Below, one piece after another: positions 27,615-37,618 of a stretch of 64,000 bases of DNA; position 1 is the stretch's first letter, and each line of letters opens with the position of its first letter. The notes beneath the pieces are model-generated. The model had not been told where the DNA came from and did not search any database. It was given only the letters and a program-made list of their open reading frames with translations. The translations under genes and the position numbers were made by a program. The stretch spans positions 12,224 through 76,223 of the forward strand of contig CACEKJ010000004.1 of NCBI GenBank assembly GCA_902560045.1. Reading direction: 5' to 3'. The DNA is from an uncultured Bacteroidota bacterium (GTDB taxonomy: Bacteria; Bacteroidota; Bacteroidia; Flavobacteriales; Flavobacteriaceae).

Positions 27615-30197
27615 TTAAAATCTAAAGTATAAGTTTAAAAAGTAGTTAGTTCCTCTACCATACCAGTATTTAGGACCAAAAACTCTTTTTGGGTTATTAG
27701 TATCTTGTAGTAATTCTTGATAGTTGGCATTTCTTCCTTGTTCGAATCCTCCTGTTCTATATTTTTGATTAAGAACATTATTTATACTGGCAAAAAAACC
27801 AACATAATAATCTTCAATTTTCCATGACTTACCACCAATTATATTAACAACCATGTAGTCATCAAATTTTTCTTGTCTCAATAAATCCCTTGCAATATCT
27901 AAATCATAGTCATTAAAAGGAAGACCGTCTTGAGCCAGATAAAAATTTTGAGTTCTCGTTAACGGGCTGATATCAACATATGTATTTGTGAAAAAATTTG
28001 AGGTAACTCCAACAAACCAGTAATCAGGATCTCTGTATTCGAAACCAAATGAATAGGCTTTCTGTGGACCTCCAGCTAGTTTATAATTTTTTAGTTTGGA
28101 AGGACCTACAGCTACAGTATTTTCATCCGCTCCTAAATATAAATAAGGGTCGTTATCATATGTATATTGACCAACAGAAGCTGCTGCCTTTAACTTGACA
28201 GAAGAAATTATTTGAGCTTCAACTCCAAATTCTAAGCCAAGATATTTTTTGTCAATACCTTGTAAGATTTCCTGGACGAATTCACTATCGTCTTGAAATC
28301 CAACTAGACCATCTGCATAATAGAAAGAAATTTCATTAGCGTCTTTTACTTCAGAGTAAAACCCAGTTATTCTACCATTAAATATTGGGGTTCTAAATAT
28401 ATAATTAGCATCAAATGACATTATTTTTTCCTCAGTAATTGGCGTATCGTTAATTAGACCGTTAACATCACTACCTACTACATTATGATTCACCCTTGAG
28501 TTTGTGTATGTGTTTCTAATTGAAGGCGCTTTTTGTATGTATGCAGAATTAAAATCAATTATATGTTTTCCTGAAAATTTGTATGTTAAACCTGTTTTAA
28601 GTCCATAACCATCAAAAGAAATTTTGTCACCTAAACCAGCAGAATTACCTACATTGGCTTCGTTTTCAAAAACTCCGTCTCTTTGATAGTTGGTATTTGT
28701 AACATTACCCGCAATAAAAAATTCAAGTTTATTAAATGAAAAATCAACCATTGCAAAAGCACTAAGTTCGTCAACATTCATTTTGTAATGATATCTGAAT
28801 TTATCACCTTCAGAAGCAATGCTGTTTGGCACTAATAGATTGTAATCAAGAAAATCAAACGAATCAATGTTTGAATAACCTGAGCCTCCTAACATATCTG
28901 TAATTTCAGCAAAATTATCAGAGATTAAATTTCTGTAATTAACAGATGTGCTAATTTTAATATTATCATTAATCTCTCTTAAATATGCAGAGTTAAAAGT
29001 AATTTGAGAGTCATCAACTCTATCTTCATATAAGACGTAGGCCGCATTTATATTTGCCAGATTATTTGTGATGTTTGCATCATAGATTCGATTCCAATTT
29101 ATCTGGCCGTTATTGACAAAGTTTTCTTGGGCTATGTATGCTCCCTGATAATCGGGGCCATTGCTGTCAGCAAGAAAGTAACTGGGCAAATCCTGATAAT
29201 ACGCAGGGCTTGGATTAGATCCTCCAGCATAACCTAATCTACTATTTCCCATTTCTCCAAACTGGAATCCTATACTTGTTTCCAAAGATGAATTTTCATC
29301 AATTATCCAATCATGATTTAAAATTACAATTGGCTCAACAACCCTTTTTACTCTTGAATTTCTTTTTTCACCATCTTGCCATCCCCAATATTCATTATAC
29401 TTTGTTCCTTTTAAATCATACACCTCTTGTGTATTCGGTGATACTTTACCTCGTCTATTTGGTGCATAAATCATTGCAAGATTTAAGCTATGCTTGTTGT
29501 TAAATATTTTTTGAACAGATAAAAATGCTGAATTAGAGTCATAGAATGAAGCATCTTGATATCCTTCATTACCCCACCTTCTTCCAATTGATAAAGAATA
29601 TGACCAACCCTTTGGGAGCATCCCTGAGTTATAGGTTGCCATTAATCTATTTGCATAACTTCGATTTGAAGAAGAATAGGTTATTCTACCTCCCTGACCA
29701 TACTCTGATGCTCTGATGTTTATATTATTTGATCCTAAAATGCCTCCAAAATTATATTTAAGAGGGATAGAGCCGTTTGATAATTCTTGGTTTCTTAAAA
29801 CATCGTTTAATCCACCCCAATTACTCCATTGAGGTCTTCCATTATACAGCTTATTCATTTTAATCCCGTTTATCTGGACAATTGCATTGTCAGAATCTAA
29901 ACCTCTAACTTTGAAAAAAGAGGAGCTAAATTCATATGCTGCTGTACGATAAAAAACATCCATCGATGAATTTAACAATCCAGAAATATTATCAGAAGCA
30001 GAAGTATCGTCATTTAATTCATCATCACTTAGTGAAATACTGAATAGATCTAAAACATCATCAGTTACAGATAAATCTGAGATCGTATCTGTTGAAATGG
30101 TTTGATTGGCTTCGGATTGAGAATAAAGATTGAAGTTTATAAATAAAATTATAACAAATATTAATCTTGTTTTGTGCATATTAATAAATATTTTCAA
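27615..30197 (-). CDS. TonB-dependent receptor (not SusC-type; no SusD partner)
   Basis: Signal peptide (the start may be the internal Met at 30179). Plug region FKVRGLDSDNAIVQINGIKMN.., a long beta-barrel and a terminal aromatic residue ...NLYFRF. Confidence 0.85.
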   Translation of the reverse strand: MKIFINMHKTRLIFVIILFINFNLYSQSEANQTISTDTISDLSVTDDVLDLFSISLSDDELNDDTSASDNISGLLNSSMDVFYRTAAYEFSSSFFKVRGLDSDNAIVQINGIKMNKLYNGRPQWSNWGGLNDVLRNQELSNGSIPLKYNFGGILGSNNINIRASEYGQGGRITYSSSNRSYANRLMATYNSGMLPKGWSYSLSIGRRWGNEGYQDASFYDSNSAFLSVQKIFNNKHSLNLAMIYAPNRRGKVSPNTQEVYDLKGTKYNEYWGWQDGEKRNSRVKRVVEPIVILNHDWIIDENSSLETSIGFQFGEMGNSRLGYAGGSNPSPAYYQDLPSYFLADSNGPDYQGAYIAQENFVNNGQINWNRIYDANITNNLANINAAYVLYEDRVDDSQITFNSAYLREINDNIKISTSVNYRNLISDNFAEITDMLGGSGYSNIDSFDFLDYNLLVPNSIASEGDKFRYHYKMNVDELSAFAMVDFSFNKLEFFIAGNVTNTNYQRDGVFENEANVGNSAGLGDKISFDGYGLKTGLTYKFSGKHIIDFNSAYIQKAPSIRNTYTNSRVNHNVVGSDVNGLINDTPITEEKIMSFDANYIFRTPIFNGRITGFYSEVKDANEISFYYADGLVGFQDDSEFVQEILQGIDKKYLGLEFGVEAQIISSVKLKAAASVGQYTYDNDPYLYLGADENTVAVGPSKLKNYKLAGGPQKAYSFGFEYRDPDYWFVGVTSNFFTNTYVDISPLTRTQNFYLAQDGLPFNDYDLDIARDLLRQEKFDDYMVVNIIGGKSWKIEDYYVGFFASINNVLNQKYRTGGFEQGRNANYQELLQDTNNPKRVFGPKYWYGRGTNYFLNLYFRF

Positions 30198-30266
30198 CTA
30201 TAATAATAATTGAGTTAAATTTACACTTTATTTACTACTTAATTCAAAATATATAAATACTTTTTT

Positions 30267-31313
30267 ATGAAAATGAAATCCTTTTTTACTTTCAGCTTTA
30301 TGCTAATAATGTTATCAAATATAACAGCCCAGGAAAATAAGAGAAATTTTAAAATACATACCGTTGCATTTTATAATCTTGAAAATTTATTTGACACAAT
30401 AAACGATGTAAACAAAAATGATGAAGCAAGTCCTATTATGGAAATTAGATTTAACAGAGGGAAAATATACAGAGAAAAGGTATCAAATATGGCTGAGGTA
30501 GTTTCTCAAATTGGTTTTGATGTAACCAAAAGACCTCCATCAATAGTTGGAATTTGTGAAGTTGAGAACAGAATGGTTGTAGAGGATTTGATTTCAGATG
30601 AAAAATTAAGAGAATACAACTACGGAATTGTTCATTATGAATCTCCAGACGATAGAGGAATAGATGTAGGTTTAATCTACAATAAAGATGTTTTTAAAGT
30701 AAAAAATTCAAATTCTCATGATGTGTTTATTACGGATAATAATTCTAGTAAAAGAAGAAACACAAGAGATCAACTTGTAGTAAGTGGACATCTTGACGGA
30801 GAATTAATGCATTTTATAGTAAATCATTGGCCCTCCAGAGGAGCTGATGAAACCAAAAGGATCGCAGCGGCAGAGGTAAATAATTTCATCATAGACTCTT
30901 TGAGAAATAAATATGAAAGCCCAAAAATAATTACCATGGGTGACTTTAATGATGACCCTTTTGACAAAAGCATTAAAAAAATATTAGGTGCTAAAAAAAA
31001 TATTAATGATGTTAAGAAAAATGATCTGTATAATCCGTTTGAAACTATTTTGGTTGACGAGGGTGTAGGTAGTAATGCTTACAGAGATAAGTGGCAATTA
31101 TTTGATCAAATAATTCTTTCAAAACCTTTTTTGGATAAAAATTACAAAGACTATCAGTTATACAAAGCTGGAGTTTTTAATAAGTCATTTCTAATAAATA
31201 AAAAGGGGAAGTTTAAAGGCTATCCATTTAGAAGTTTTTCTTACGGAACATTCACAGGTGGATACAGTGATCATTTACCTCCTTACATATATCTACTCAA
31301 AGAAATTAAATAA
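30267..31313 (+). CDS. Secreted endonuclease/exonuclease/phosphatase (EEP, DNase I-like) family protein
   Basis: Signal peptide ...SNITAQ and the N-terminal catalytic block HTVAFYNLENLFD. Further blocks are ICEVEN, VNHWPSRG, MGDFND and SDHLP (terminal His). Confidence 0.8.
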   Translation: MKMKSFFTFSFMLIMLSNITAQENKRNFKIHTVAFYNLENLFDTINDVNKNDEASPIMEIRFNRGKIYREKVSNMAEVVSQIGFDVTKRPPSIVGICEVENRMVVEDLISDEKLREYNYGIVHYESPDDRGIDVGLIYNKDVFKVKNSNSHDVFITDNNSSKRRNTRDQLVVSGHLDGELMHFIVNHWPSRGADETKRIAAAEVNNFIIDSLRNKYESPKIITMGDFNDDPFDKSIKKILGAKKNINDVKKNDLYNPFETILVDEGVGSNAYRDKWQLFDQIILSKPFLDKNYKDYQLYKAGVFNKSFLINKKGKFKGYPFRSFSYGTFTGGYSDHLPPYIYLLKEIK

Positions 31314-31315
31314 AT

Positions 31316-31347
31316 AAAAAAAGGCCTGCATGTAGCAGGCCTTTTTT
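31316..31347. terminator. Canonical bidirectional rho-independent terminator
   Basis: A-run, then the GC-rich stem GGCCTGC (31323-31329) / GCAGGCC (31335-31341) with a 5-nt loop, then a T-run (31342-31347). It lies between the convergent EEP and TBDR genes. Confidence 0.85.
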
Positions 31348-31366
31348 ACATTATAAAAAAGTTTTT

Positions 31367-33850
31367 TTAGAAATTGTATCTTAAACCTACATTCCAGGTT
31401 CTTCCTAATCCGAAGTAACCTTGGTTAGCAGTGTCAATTCCATTATATAATACACCTGTACCATCACCAGCTGCAATAGCAGATCTTAATTCACTAATGT
31501 ATACATTATCGAATACATTATTTACATTAAGTCTAATATCTAAAGTTCCTTCACTTACAAACATTTTGTAAGAAAGTCCCATATCAACTACATGATAGTT
31601 TGGTAATTCTAAATTTTCTTTAACAGCTCCAACATTAGCATATAACTCATCGTAAAATCTAATATCTGAGTCAAAAGAAAGTCTATCTGCTAAATCTACA
31701 TCTATACCAAGTCCAGCAGTAAACTGTGCAGCATCACCAACTTTTCCACCGTCAACATCTTGTGTTTCAGTTTCAAGTACATTTTGATCTTCATCTTGTA
31801 CTCTAGTGATTGCATCACCTTCATAAATCCAGTCACCAATAGATAAGAATCCTTTTAAAGTATAAGGAACATCTGGTTGAGGATTAGCCATAAATGTAAT
31901 CTCAACACCTTGGTGAAGCTGACTAACTCCTTCAGAAACTTCATAGAATAATTGGTCATTACTTACATAAGAAGATGAAGTTACTCTATCTGCCCATGAT
32001 GTTCTGTATAAATCTACTCTAGCAGAAAAGTTATCTACTTCGTAAATATATCCAGCTTCTAAACCAATAATCGTTTCATTAGAAGTATTAGGATTGATTC
32101 TGTTTGTATAATTTAGATAAATGTTATCAAAGTAAGGAGCTCTTGAATAATATCCAGCATTAACATATGCCTTACCATTTGCACCTAAACCGAATCCAAC
32201 TCCTGCTTTAGCATTGTAACCAAAGTTGTCAACTTGCTCTGACTCAACTCCATCAACAGTACCTTCAGGCAATGCCTCTCCAGTCCATTGAGTTGATGTA
32301 CCGTCAATTAACGATTGATCAGCATATTGATAGTGATCCCATCTTTGGTACATTGTCTGAGAAACCGAACCTTGGAAGAATGCAGAGAAATCATCTTTAG
32401 TATACTCTAACTGAGTAAATAATCCACCGTAAGAAATTCTCTCGTCGTTACTATAAGCGATTTTTTGATCTTCATCAAAATTTGTAAAGGTAGCATCCCA
32501 AGGATTAGCACCCATGCTTTCAGTAGCAACTACATATTTATAAGTACCATAAGTACCATAAGTGTCATGGTTATTATTTGGATCTCTTAATCTAATATTC
32601 TCTTGCCAAGAAGTTAAACCGTGGAAATTTTCAACAATTCTAAAGTGCTCACCATAATAAGTTCTTAAATCAGCACCAACATTAAAAGACAAGTTGTCTG
32701 ATAATTGAGTTTCGTAATTTGAAACCAAACCAAACCAGTTATGCATATTCATCGATGCTCTTGTAATATAACCCCCTTCTGCAGCATAGTTTCCACCTGC
32801 TCCTGAAGTTGAGTTGTTGTAAGCATAAATAGCATTATAATCTATATAACCTTCATCAGTTCTAATTCTATTACCTCTACCTCCAGTACCTCCACCGTTT
32901 CCAGTTGAAGCATACAATACGGTTGACAAACTAGATTTTTCGTCGATTGTATAATCCCAGTTTAAATTAAATACTGGCTTGTGGTAAAAGTTTCTTCTCT
33001 CTGTAAGGTATCTATCTCCATAATAACCGTAGTTGTTATTATATTTTCTACCATGATCTAAGTAAGTTGCAATAGACTTAGTAAAGTTTTGATCATGCCA
33101 TTGAGGAGCACCAGTCATTAAGAAATTAAAATTGTGCTTGTCGTTCATTTTATATCCTAATGAAAGGAAATAAGTTTGACCTTGACCAAAAGTTCCTTCA
33201 GCATATCCATCACCTTGCCAGTGAGTTAATAACATACTTGTAGACCATCCATTGTCCTTTTCTCCTGTATCATAAGAGAAAGTAGTTTTTAAATAGTTGT
33301 CGTTAGCAAAACCTGCATATGCAAATCCGCCTTCACTTTTAGTTGTAGATCTCATTACAAAGTTTACTGTACCACCAACAGATGATATAGCTAACTTTGA
33401 AGCTCCAAGACCTCTTTGAATCTGAACAACATTCGCAATGTCATTCATACCAGACCAGTTTGACCAATACATTTTACCATCTTCCATTCCGTTAATTGGC
33501 TGACCATTTAACATGAAAGCTGTATTTGTTTGATCAAAACCACGCACAGAAATTCTTGTATCTCCAAATGCACCAGATTGACCTGCTACGTAAACAGATG
33601 GTGTATTTGCAAGAGTCATTGTGATGTCTTGCGTTCCAATTTTCTTTTGAATTTCTTCTCCAGTAATAGTGGAAACAGCCAGGGGAGTTACTCTATCTTC
33701 AGCAAGGTCAACTACCCCGCCTCCAACTAAAACAACTTCCTCTAATTCCTCAAGATCGTCCCAATCTTCATCGGTAGATTCTTGAGCATAAATTGTAGTT
33801 CCAAAAAGCAATAGAGCTACAAAAAATAATTTGTGAGTAATGTTTTTCAT
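31367..33850 (-). CDS. TonB-dependent receptor
   Basis: Signal peptide ...TTIYAQ, an acidic linker and the plug (ISVRGFDQTNTAFMLNGQPINGMEDG, VQIQRGLGASK). The beta-barrel has the C-terminus GLRYNF. Codon usage is rich in GGT/GCT/ACT, suggesting high expression. Confidence 0.9.
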   Translation of the reverse strand: MKNITHKLFFVALLLFGTTIYAQESTDEDWDDLEELEEVVLVGGGVVDLAEDRVTPLAVSTITGEEIQKKIGTQDITMTLANTPSVYVAGQSGAFGDTRISVRGFDQTNTAFMLNGQPINGMEDGKMYWSNWSGMNDIANVVQIQRGLGASKLAISSVGGTVNFVMRSTTKSEGGFAYAGFANDNYLKTTFSYDTGEKDNGWSTSMLLTHWQGDGYAEGTFGQGQTYFLSLGYKMNDKHNFNFLMTGAPQWHDQNFTKSIATYLDHGRKYNNNYGYYGDRYLTERRNFYHKPVFNLNWDYTIDEKSSLSTVLYASTGNGGGTGGRGNRIRTDEGYIDYNAIYAYNNSTSGAGGNYAAEGGYITRASMNMHNWFGLVSNYETQLSDNLSFNVGADLRTYYGEHFRIVENFHGLTSWQENIRLRDPNNNHDTYGTYGTYKYVVATESMGANPWDATFTNFDEDQKIAYSNDERISYGGLFTQLEYTKDDFSAFFQGSVSQTMYQRWDHYQYADQSLIDGTSTQWTGEALPEGTVDGVESEQVDNFGYNAKAGVGFGLGANGKAYVNAGYYSRAPYFDNIYLNYTNRINPNTSNETIIGLEAGYIYEVDNFSARVDLYRTSWADRVTSSSYVSNDQLFYEVSEGVSQLHQGVEITFMANPQPDVPYTLKGFLSIGDWIYEGDAITRVQDEDQNVLETETQDVDGGKVGDAAQFTAGLGIDVDLADRLSFDSDIRFYDELYANVGAVKENLELPNYHVVDMGLSYKMFVSEGTLDIRLNVNNVFDNVYISELRSAIAAGDGTGVLYNGIDTANQGYFGLGRTWNVGLRYNF

Positions 33851-33974
33851 AATTTGTTTAAAGTTTAATTATATTATTACCCTACAAAAATAGATAATAT
33901 TTATCACTTATCCCCATCTGTTGGTGAATAAATTATACCGGAATTGTTAACAAAATATTAAGAAATCGATGTAA

Positions 33975-35570
33975 TTAATCTATAGATTTAAATTCTTTTA
34001 ACAAACTCTGTGTTGATGAATCATGATTGCTAAAATCACCAGATTTTAGGTCATTTAAGATATTACTTGCAAGTTTTTTACCGAGCTCAACACCTGCCTG
34101 ATCATAGCTTAATATGTTCCAAATAACACCTAAAGTAAATATCTTATGCTCGTACATAGCAATCAATGAGCCTAAGTTTTCAGGTTTTAAACTATCTATT
34201 AACAGGGTGTTTGTTGGGCGATTGCCTAAAAACTCTTTGTGGTTGTCGTTCTGAGGCTCTGCTACAGTTCCTTCCATTAAGGCTTTTGTTTGAGCAAAGA
34301 AGTTAGCCATCAATATATCGTGGTGTAAATCATTTTCTTTCTGAGGTTTTCTAAAACCAATAAAATCTGAAGGAATAATTTTTGTTCCCTGGTGCAGTAA
34401 CTGAAAGAAAGAATGCTGAGCATTTGTGCCTGTCTGACCCCAAATTACTTGACCTGTCTGATAATCCACAAAATTTCCAGATCTGTCTGTTTGTTTTCCG
34501 TTGCTTTCCATTGAAGATTGTTGTAAATATTTACTAAAACTTTTTAAATCTTCTGAATAAGGAATTACCGCATGAGTAGAATAATTAAAGAAATTATTAT
34601 ACCACATACTAAGACATGCTAAAATAACAGGGATATTTTCACTGAATTTAGAATTTCTAAAATGAGAATCCATTTTACTTGCACCGTCTAATAATTTTGA
34701 GAAATTATCATATCCTAAAGAGAGGGAAATAGACAATCCAACGGTACTCCAAAGAGAAAATCTTCCTCCTACCCAATCCCACATCGGAAATATATTTTCT
34801 GGCTTGATTCCAAAATTTACAGCTTTTTCAATATTGCTGCTAACAGCAACGAAGTGTTTTGGTATGTCTTCTTCACTAGTATTTTTCAAAAACCAATCTC
34901 TAACAGTATTTGCATTAGTCAATGTTTCTATTGTTGTAAATGTTTTTGAAACAATTATAAATAATGTTGTTTCAGGATTGATTTTTTCAAGGATATTACT
35001 CACATGATCTCCGTCAACATTACTTATAAAATAAGTATTTATATGATTTTTATAATGCCTGAGAGATTCAATTACCATGGAAGGACCCAGATCTGATCCA
35101 CCAATACCAATGTTAACAACAGTGTCTATGTTATCTCCTTTAAATCCTTTATGAGATCCAGATAATAAATTTTCAGTGAACAACCTCATTTTGTTTTTAG
35201 CTTCTGAAATTTTAGTAACAATATTGAAATCATCAATAAAAATCTTATCATCTTTGTTAGCTCGTAGAGCAGTGTGTAATACTGATCTAGATTCAGTAGA
35301 ATTAATCTTTTCTCCAGAAAAATATTTTTCAACGGAGCTCTTAAAGTTTATTTCATTTAAAAGCTCTTCAAAAAGTAACATTGTTTTTTCTTTTATTTTA
35401 TTTTTTGAGTAGTCAAAATAAAATTTGTTCCAGGAAATACTAAATTTGTCAGCTCTTCGATTATCCTTTTTGAAATAATCATAAAAATGATCTTTCTTCA
35501 GCTCATTGAAGTGAGCTTGTAATTTTGGCCACGCTTTGGTTAATTTGGGATTTATAGATGTCAGCGACAT
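33975..35570 (-). CDS. pgi: Glucose-6-phosphate isomerase
   Basis: 531 aa with NIGIGGSDLGP, the SIS domains and GVELGK near the C-terminus. Confidence 0.9.
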   Translation of the reverse strand: MSLTSINPKLTKAWPKLQAHFNELKKDHFYDYFKKDNRRADKFSISWNKFYFDYSKNKIKEKTMLLFEELLNEINFKSSVEKYFSGEKINSTESRSVLHTALRANKDDKIFIDDFNIVTKISEAKNKMRLFTENLLSGSHKGFKGDNIDTVVNIGIGGSDLGPSMVIESLRHYKNHINTYFISNVDGDHVSNILEKINPETTLFIIVSKTFTTIETLTNANTVRDWFLKNTSEEDIPKHFVAVSSNIEKAVNFGIKPENIFPMWDWVGGRFSLWSTVGLSISLSLGYDNFSKLLDGASKMDSHFRNSKFSENIPVILACLSMWYNNFFNYSTHAVIPYSEDLKSFSKYLQQSSMESNGKQTDRSGNFVDYQTGQVIWGQTGTNAQHSFFQLLHQGTKIIPSDFIGFRKPQKENDLHHDILMANFFAQTKALMEGTVAEPQNDNHKEFLGNRPTNTLLIDSLKPENLGSLIAMYEHKIFTLGVIWNILSYDQAGVELGKKLASNILNDLKSGDFSNHDSSTQSLLKEFKSID

Positions 35571-35575
35571 AAAAT

Positions 35576-36823
35576 TTAATTTATTTCGTCTAATAATTTT
35601 TTAAACAGAATTATAGCTTCATCAAAATTAGACTTTAATTTTTTAGGAACAGGCTTGCCTGGCGGTAATTTTTGCTTAAATGGATCAACTTGCTTACCAT
35701 TTTTCCAAAATCTATAACAAACATGGGGGCCAGAAGTGTTTCCTGTCATTCCAATTTTGCCAATAACATCACCTTGTTTAACATATTTCCCCTGTTTTAT
35801 CCTGCCCTTTTTTTGCATATGCAAATATTGGGTTGAATATGTATCATTGTGCTGAATTTTAACATAATAACCATTTCCTCTAGTATATGAAGACTTAACC
35901 ACTCTACCATCAGCAGTGGCCATGATTGGTGTTCCAGTTGGGGCTGCAAAGTCAGTTCCCCTGTGAGGCCTAACTTTATTTCCATAATAAGCAATTCTTC
36001 TTTTTAAGTTGTATCGTGAAGAAATATTGCTGAATCTTAACGGAGATTTTAAAAATGTTCTTTGTAAACTATTTCCAGATTCGTCATAAAACTCTGCTGT
36101 TTTTTTAACTGAATCTGTAACAAAACTAAAAGCATATAATTCTTCATTATTATGCTCAAAAAAAGCTGCATCTATACTTTTAATCCCGACTAATATTGTA
36201 TCCTCAATATATCTTTCATTATAAATAATTTTAAATTTATCTCCTTTTTGAATTCTTGCAAAATCAATTGTCCAAGCATAAATATCTGATAATTGATTGA
36301 TCAATTCCCATGGCAAACCATTTTGGTCCATTGTTTCAGATAAACTATTATTTATAACACCAGAAGTGGATTTTTTAATTATTTTGAATGGTTTTTTCTT
36401 ATTAGCGGCATTGATTGAATCAAAATTTGAAAAATCTATTACCACATAATTTAACAGATTAGGCTGATAAATAAAGTATTGAGGTGTGCTCAAACTATCC
36501 TTTGAGGAAAGAATTGTGTATGGCTTTCCTGCTGTTAGCCACCTTACATCAAACGAGTCTTTTATTTTTTCAACGATTTTATAGATTTGAGGGTAAGTCA
36601 TTTTTTTTTGAATTAAAATCTCACCAAAGCTATCTCCAAATTTAATCGTGTCCCTGGAAACATAAAAATTGTCTAAATTTAATCCAAACTCAATATTTTC
36701 CTTTTTTTCTACCTTTATTTCAGATGAAATTAATGAGGAAGCCTTACCAAATAGAAAAAAGATCAGGTATAAAAAAAGTGTAATTAAAATTGAAGCTATT
36801 ATGACTTTTAAAACACTTTTCAT
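35576..36823 (-). CDS. M23-family metallopeptidase (peptidoglycan DD-endopeptidase-like), membrane anchored
   Basis: N-terminal TM helix and HRGTDFAAPTGTPI (the HxxxD motif). The C-terminal motif is GNTSGPHVCYRF, so the usual HxH reads HxC. Confidence 0.8.
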   Translation of the reverse strand: MKSVLKVIIASILITLFLYLIFFLFGKASSLISSEIKVEKKENIEFGLNLDNFYVSRDTIKFGDSFGEILIQKKMTYPQIYKIVEKIKDSFDVRWLTAGKPYTILSSKDSLSTPQYFIYQPNLLNYVVIDFSNFDSINAANKKKPFKIIKKSTSGVINNSLSETMDQNGLPWELINQLSDIYAWTIDFARIQKGDKFKIIYNERYIEDTILVGIKSIDAAFFEHNNEELYAFSFVTDSVKKTAEFYDESGNSLQRTFLKSPLRFSNISSRYNLKRRIAYYGNKVRPHRGTDFAAPTGTPIMATADGRVVKSSYTRGNGYYVKIQHNDTYSTQYLHMQKKGRIKQGKYVKQGDVIGKIGMTGNTSGPHVCYRFWKNGKQVDPFKQKLPPGKPVPKKLKSNFDEAIILFKKLLDEIN

Positions 36824-37618
36824 TTAATTAAATTTAATTTCAAAAGGGTTATTAAGATTGCTAAAAGATTCTAAATCAACTCTTATAGATCCGACGATTA
36901 AATCTGCCTTTACCCTAATCGGAATCCTATTCTTATCAGCAGTAATCCACATGGTTAAACTCTCATCTTTTTTAAACACTCTTCCAGACTGAACATAAGG
37001 TTGAATTTTGAAACATAAAATTTTTCCAAAATTAGTATTTATATATTCAGTGGACAAATGCTTGATTTTTAATTTGTAATTCTCTGAATCAAAAAACATA
37101 TTAATTGTTAGCTCATTATTTTGGTCTAAATCTTCAAGACTATAAAAATTTCTCAAAAAATAGAAAACGGAAACCATATCCTGTGAATTATCAATTAAAG
37201 AAAAGGTATTTGACAAATTTCTTTTAAAATCGTTAACTCTTGCCTCATTTAAATTATGATTAAATAGTATTTCTAAATTCTTGGTGTAACCACCTTCGTT
37301 TATATTCCTTATAAATTTAATTGGAATAATGTTTTTCTTATCGAAGTAACTTTCATATCTGTCATAAACCTTAAAAAATAGGTTTATGGGACCAGTAGTT
37401 TGGCCAATCATTTTTGCATGGAATTGGTCTTTATTATTTTGAGTTAGATTAACAGTTGCCTCTCCAGCTTTAAACCAACCGCTATATGAAATTTTATAAT
37501 TTAACCATTCTCCAGATTTAAATGCATATTTATTTTGAGAATTGGAATTGTTAAAAACCAAAAATGCTATCAAAAAAAGAAAATACCTTATTGTATTTTT
37601 AAGAATTAAAATGATCAT
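36824..37618 (-). CDS. DUF3108-family protein
   Basis: 264 aa with a signal peptide and the motif FKSGEWLNYKISYSGWFKAGEATVNL typical of DUF3108. It sits between uvrC and the M23 peptidase. Confidence 0.65.
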   Translation of the reverse strand: MIILILKNTIRYFLFLIAFLVFNNSNSQNKYAFKSGEWLNYKISYSGWFKAGEATVNLTQNNKDQFHAKMIGQTTGPINLFFKVYDRYESYFDKKNIIPIKFIRNINEGGYTKNLEILFNHNLNEARVNDFKRNLSNTFSLIDNSQDMVSVFYFLRNFYSLEDLDQNNELTINMFFDSENYKLKIKHLSTEYINTNFGKILCFKIQPYVQSGRVFKKDESLTMWITADKNRIPIRVKADLIVGSIRVDLESFSNLNNPFEIKFN

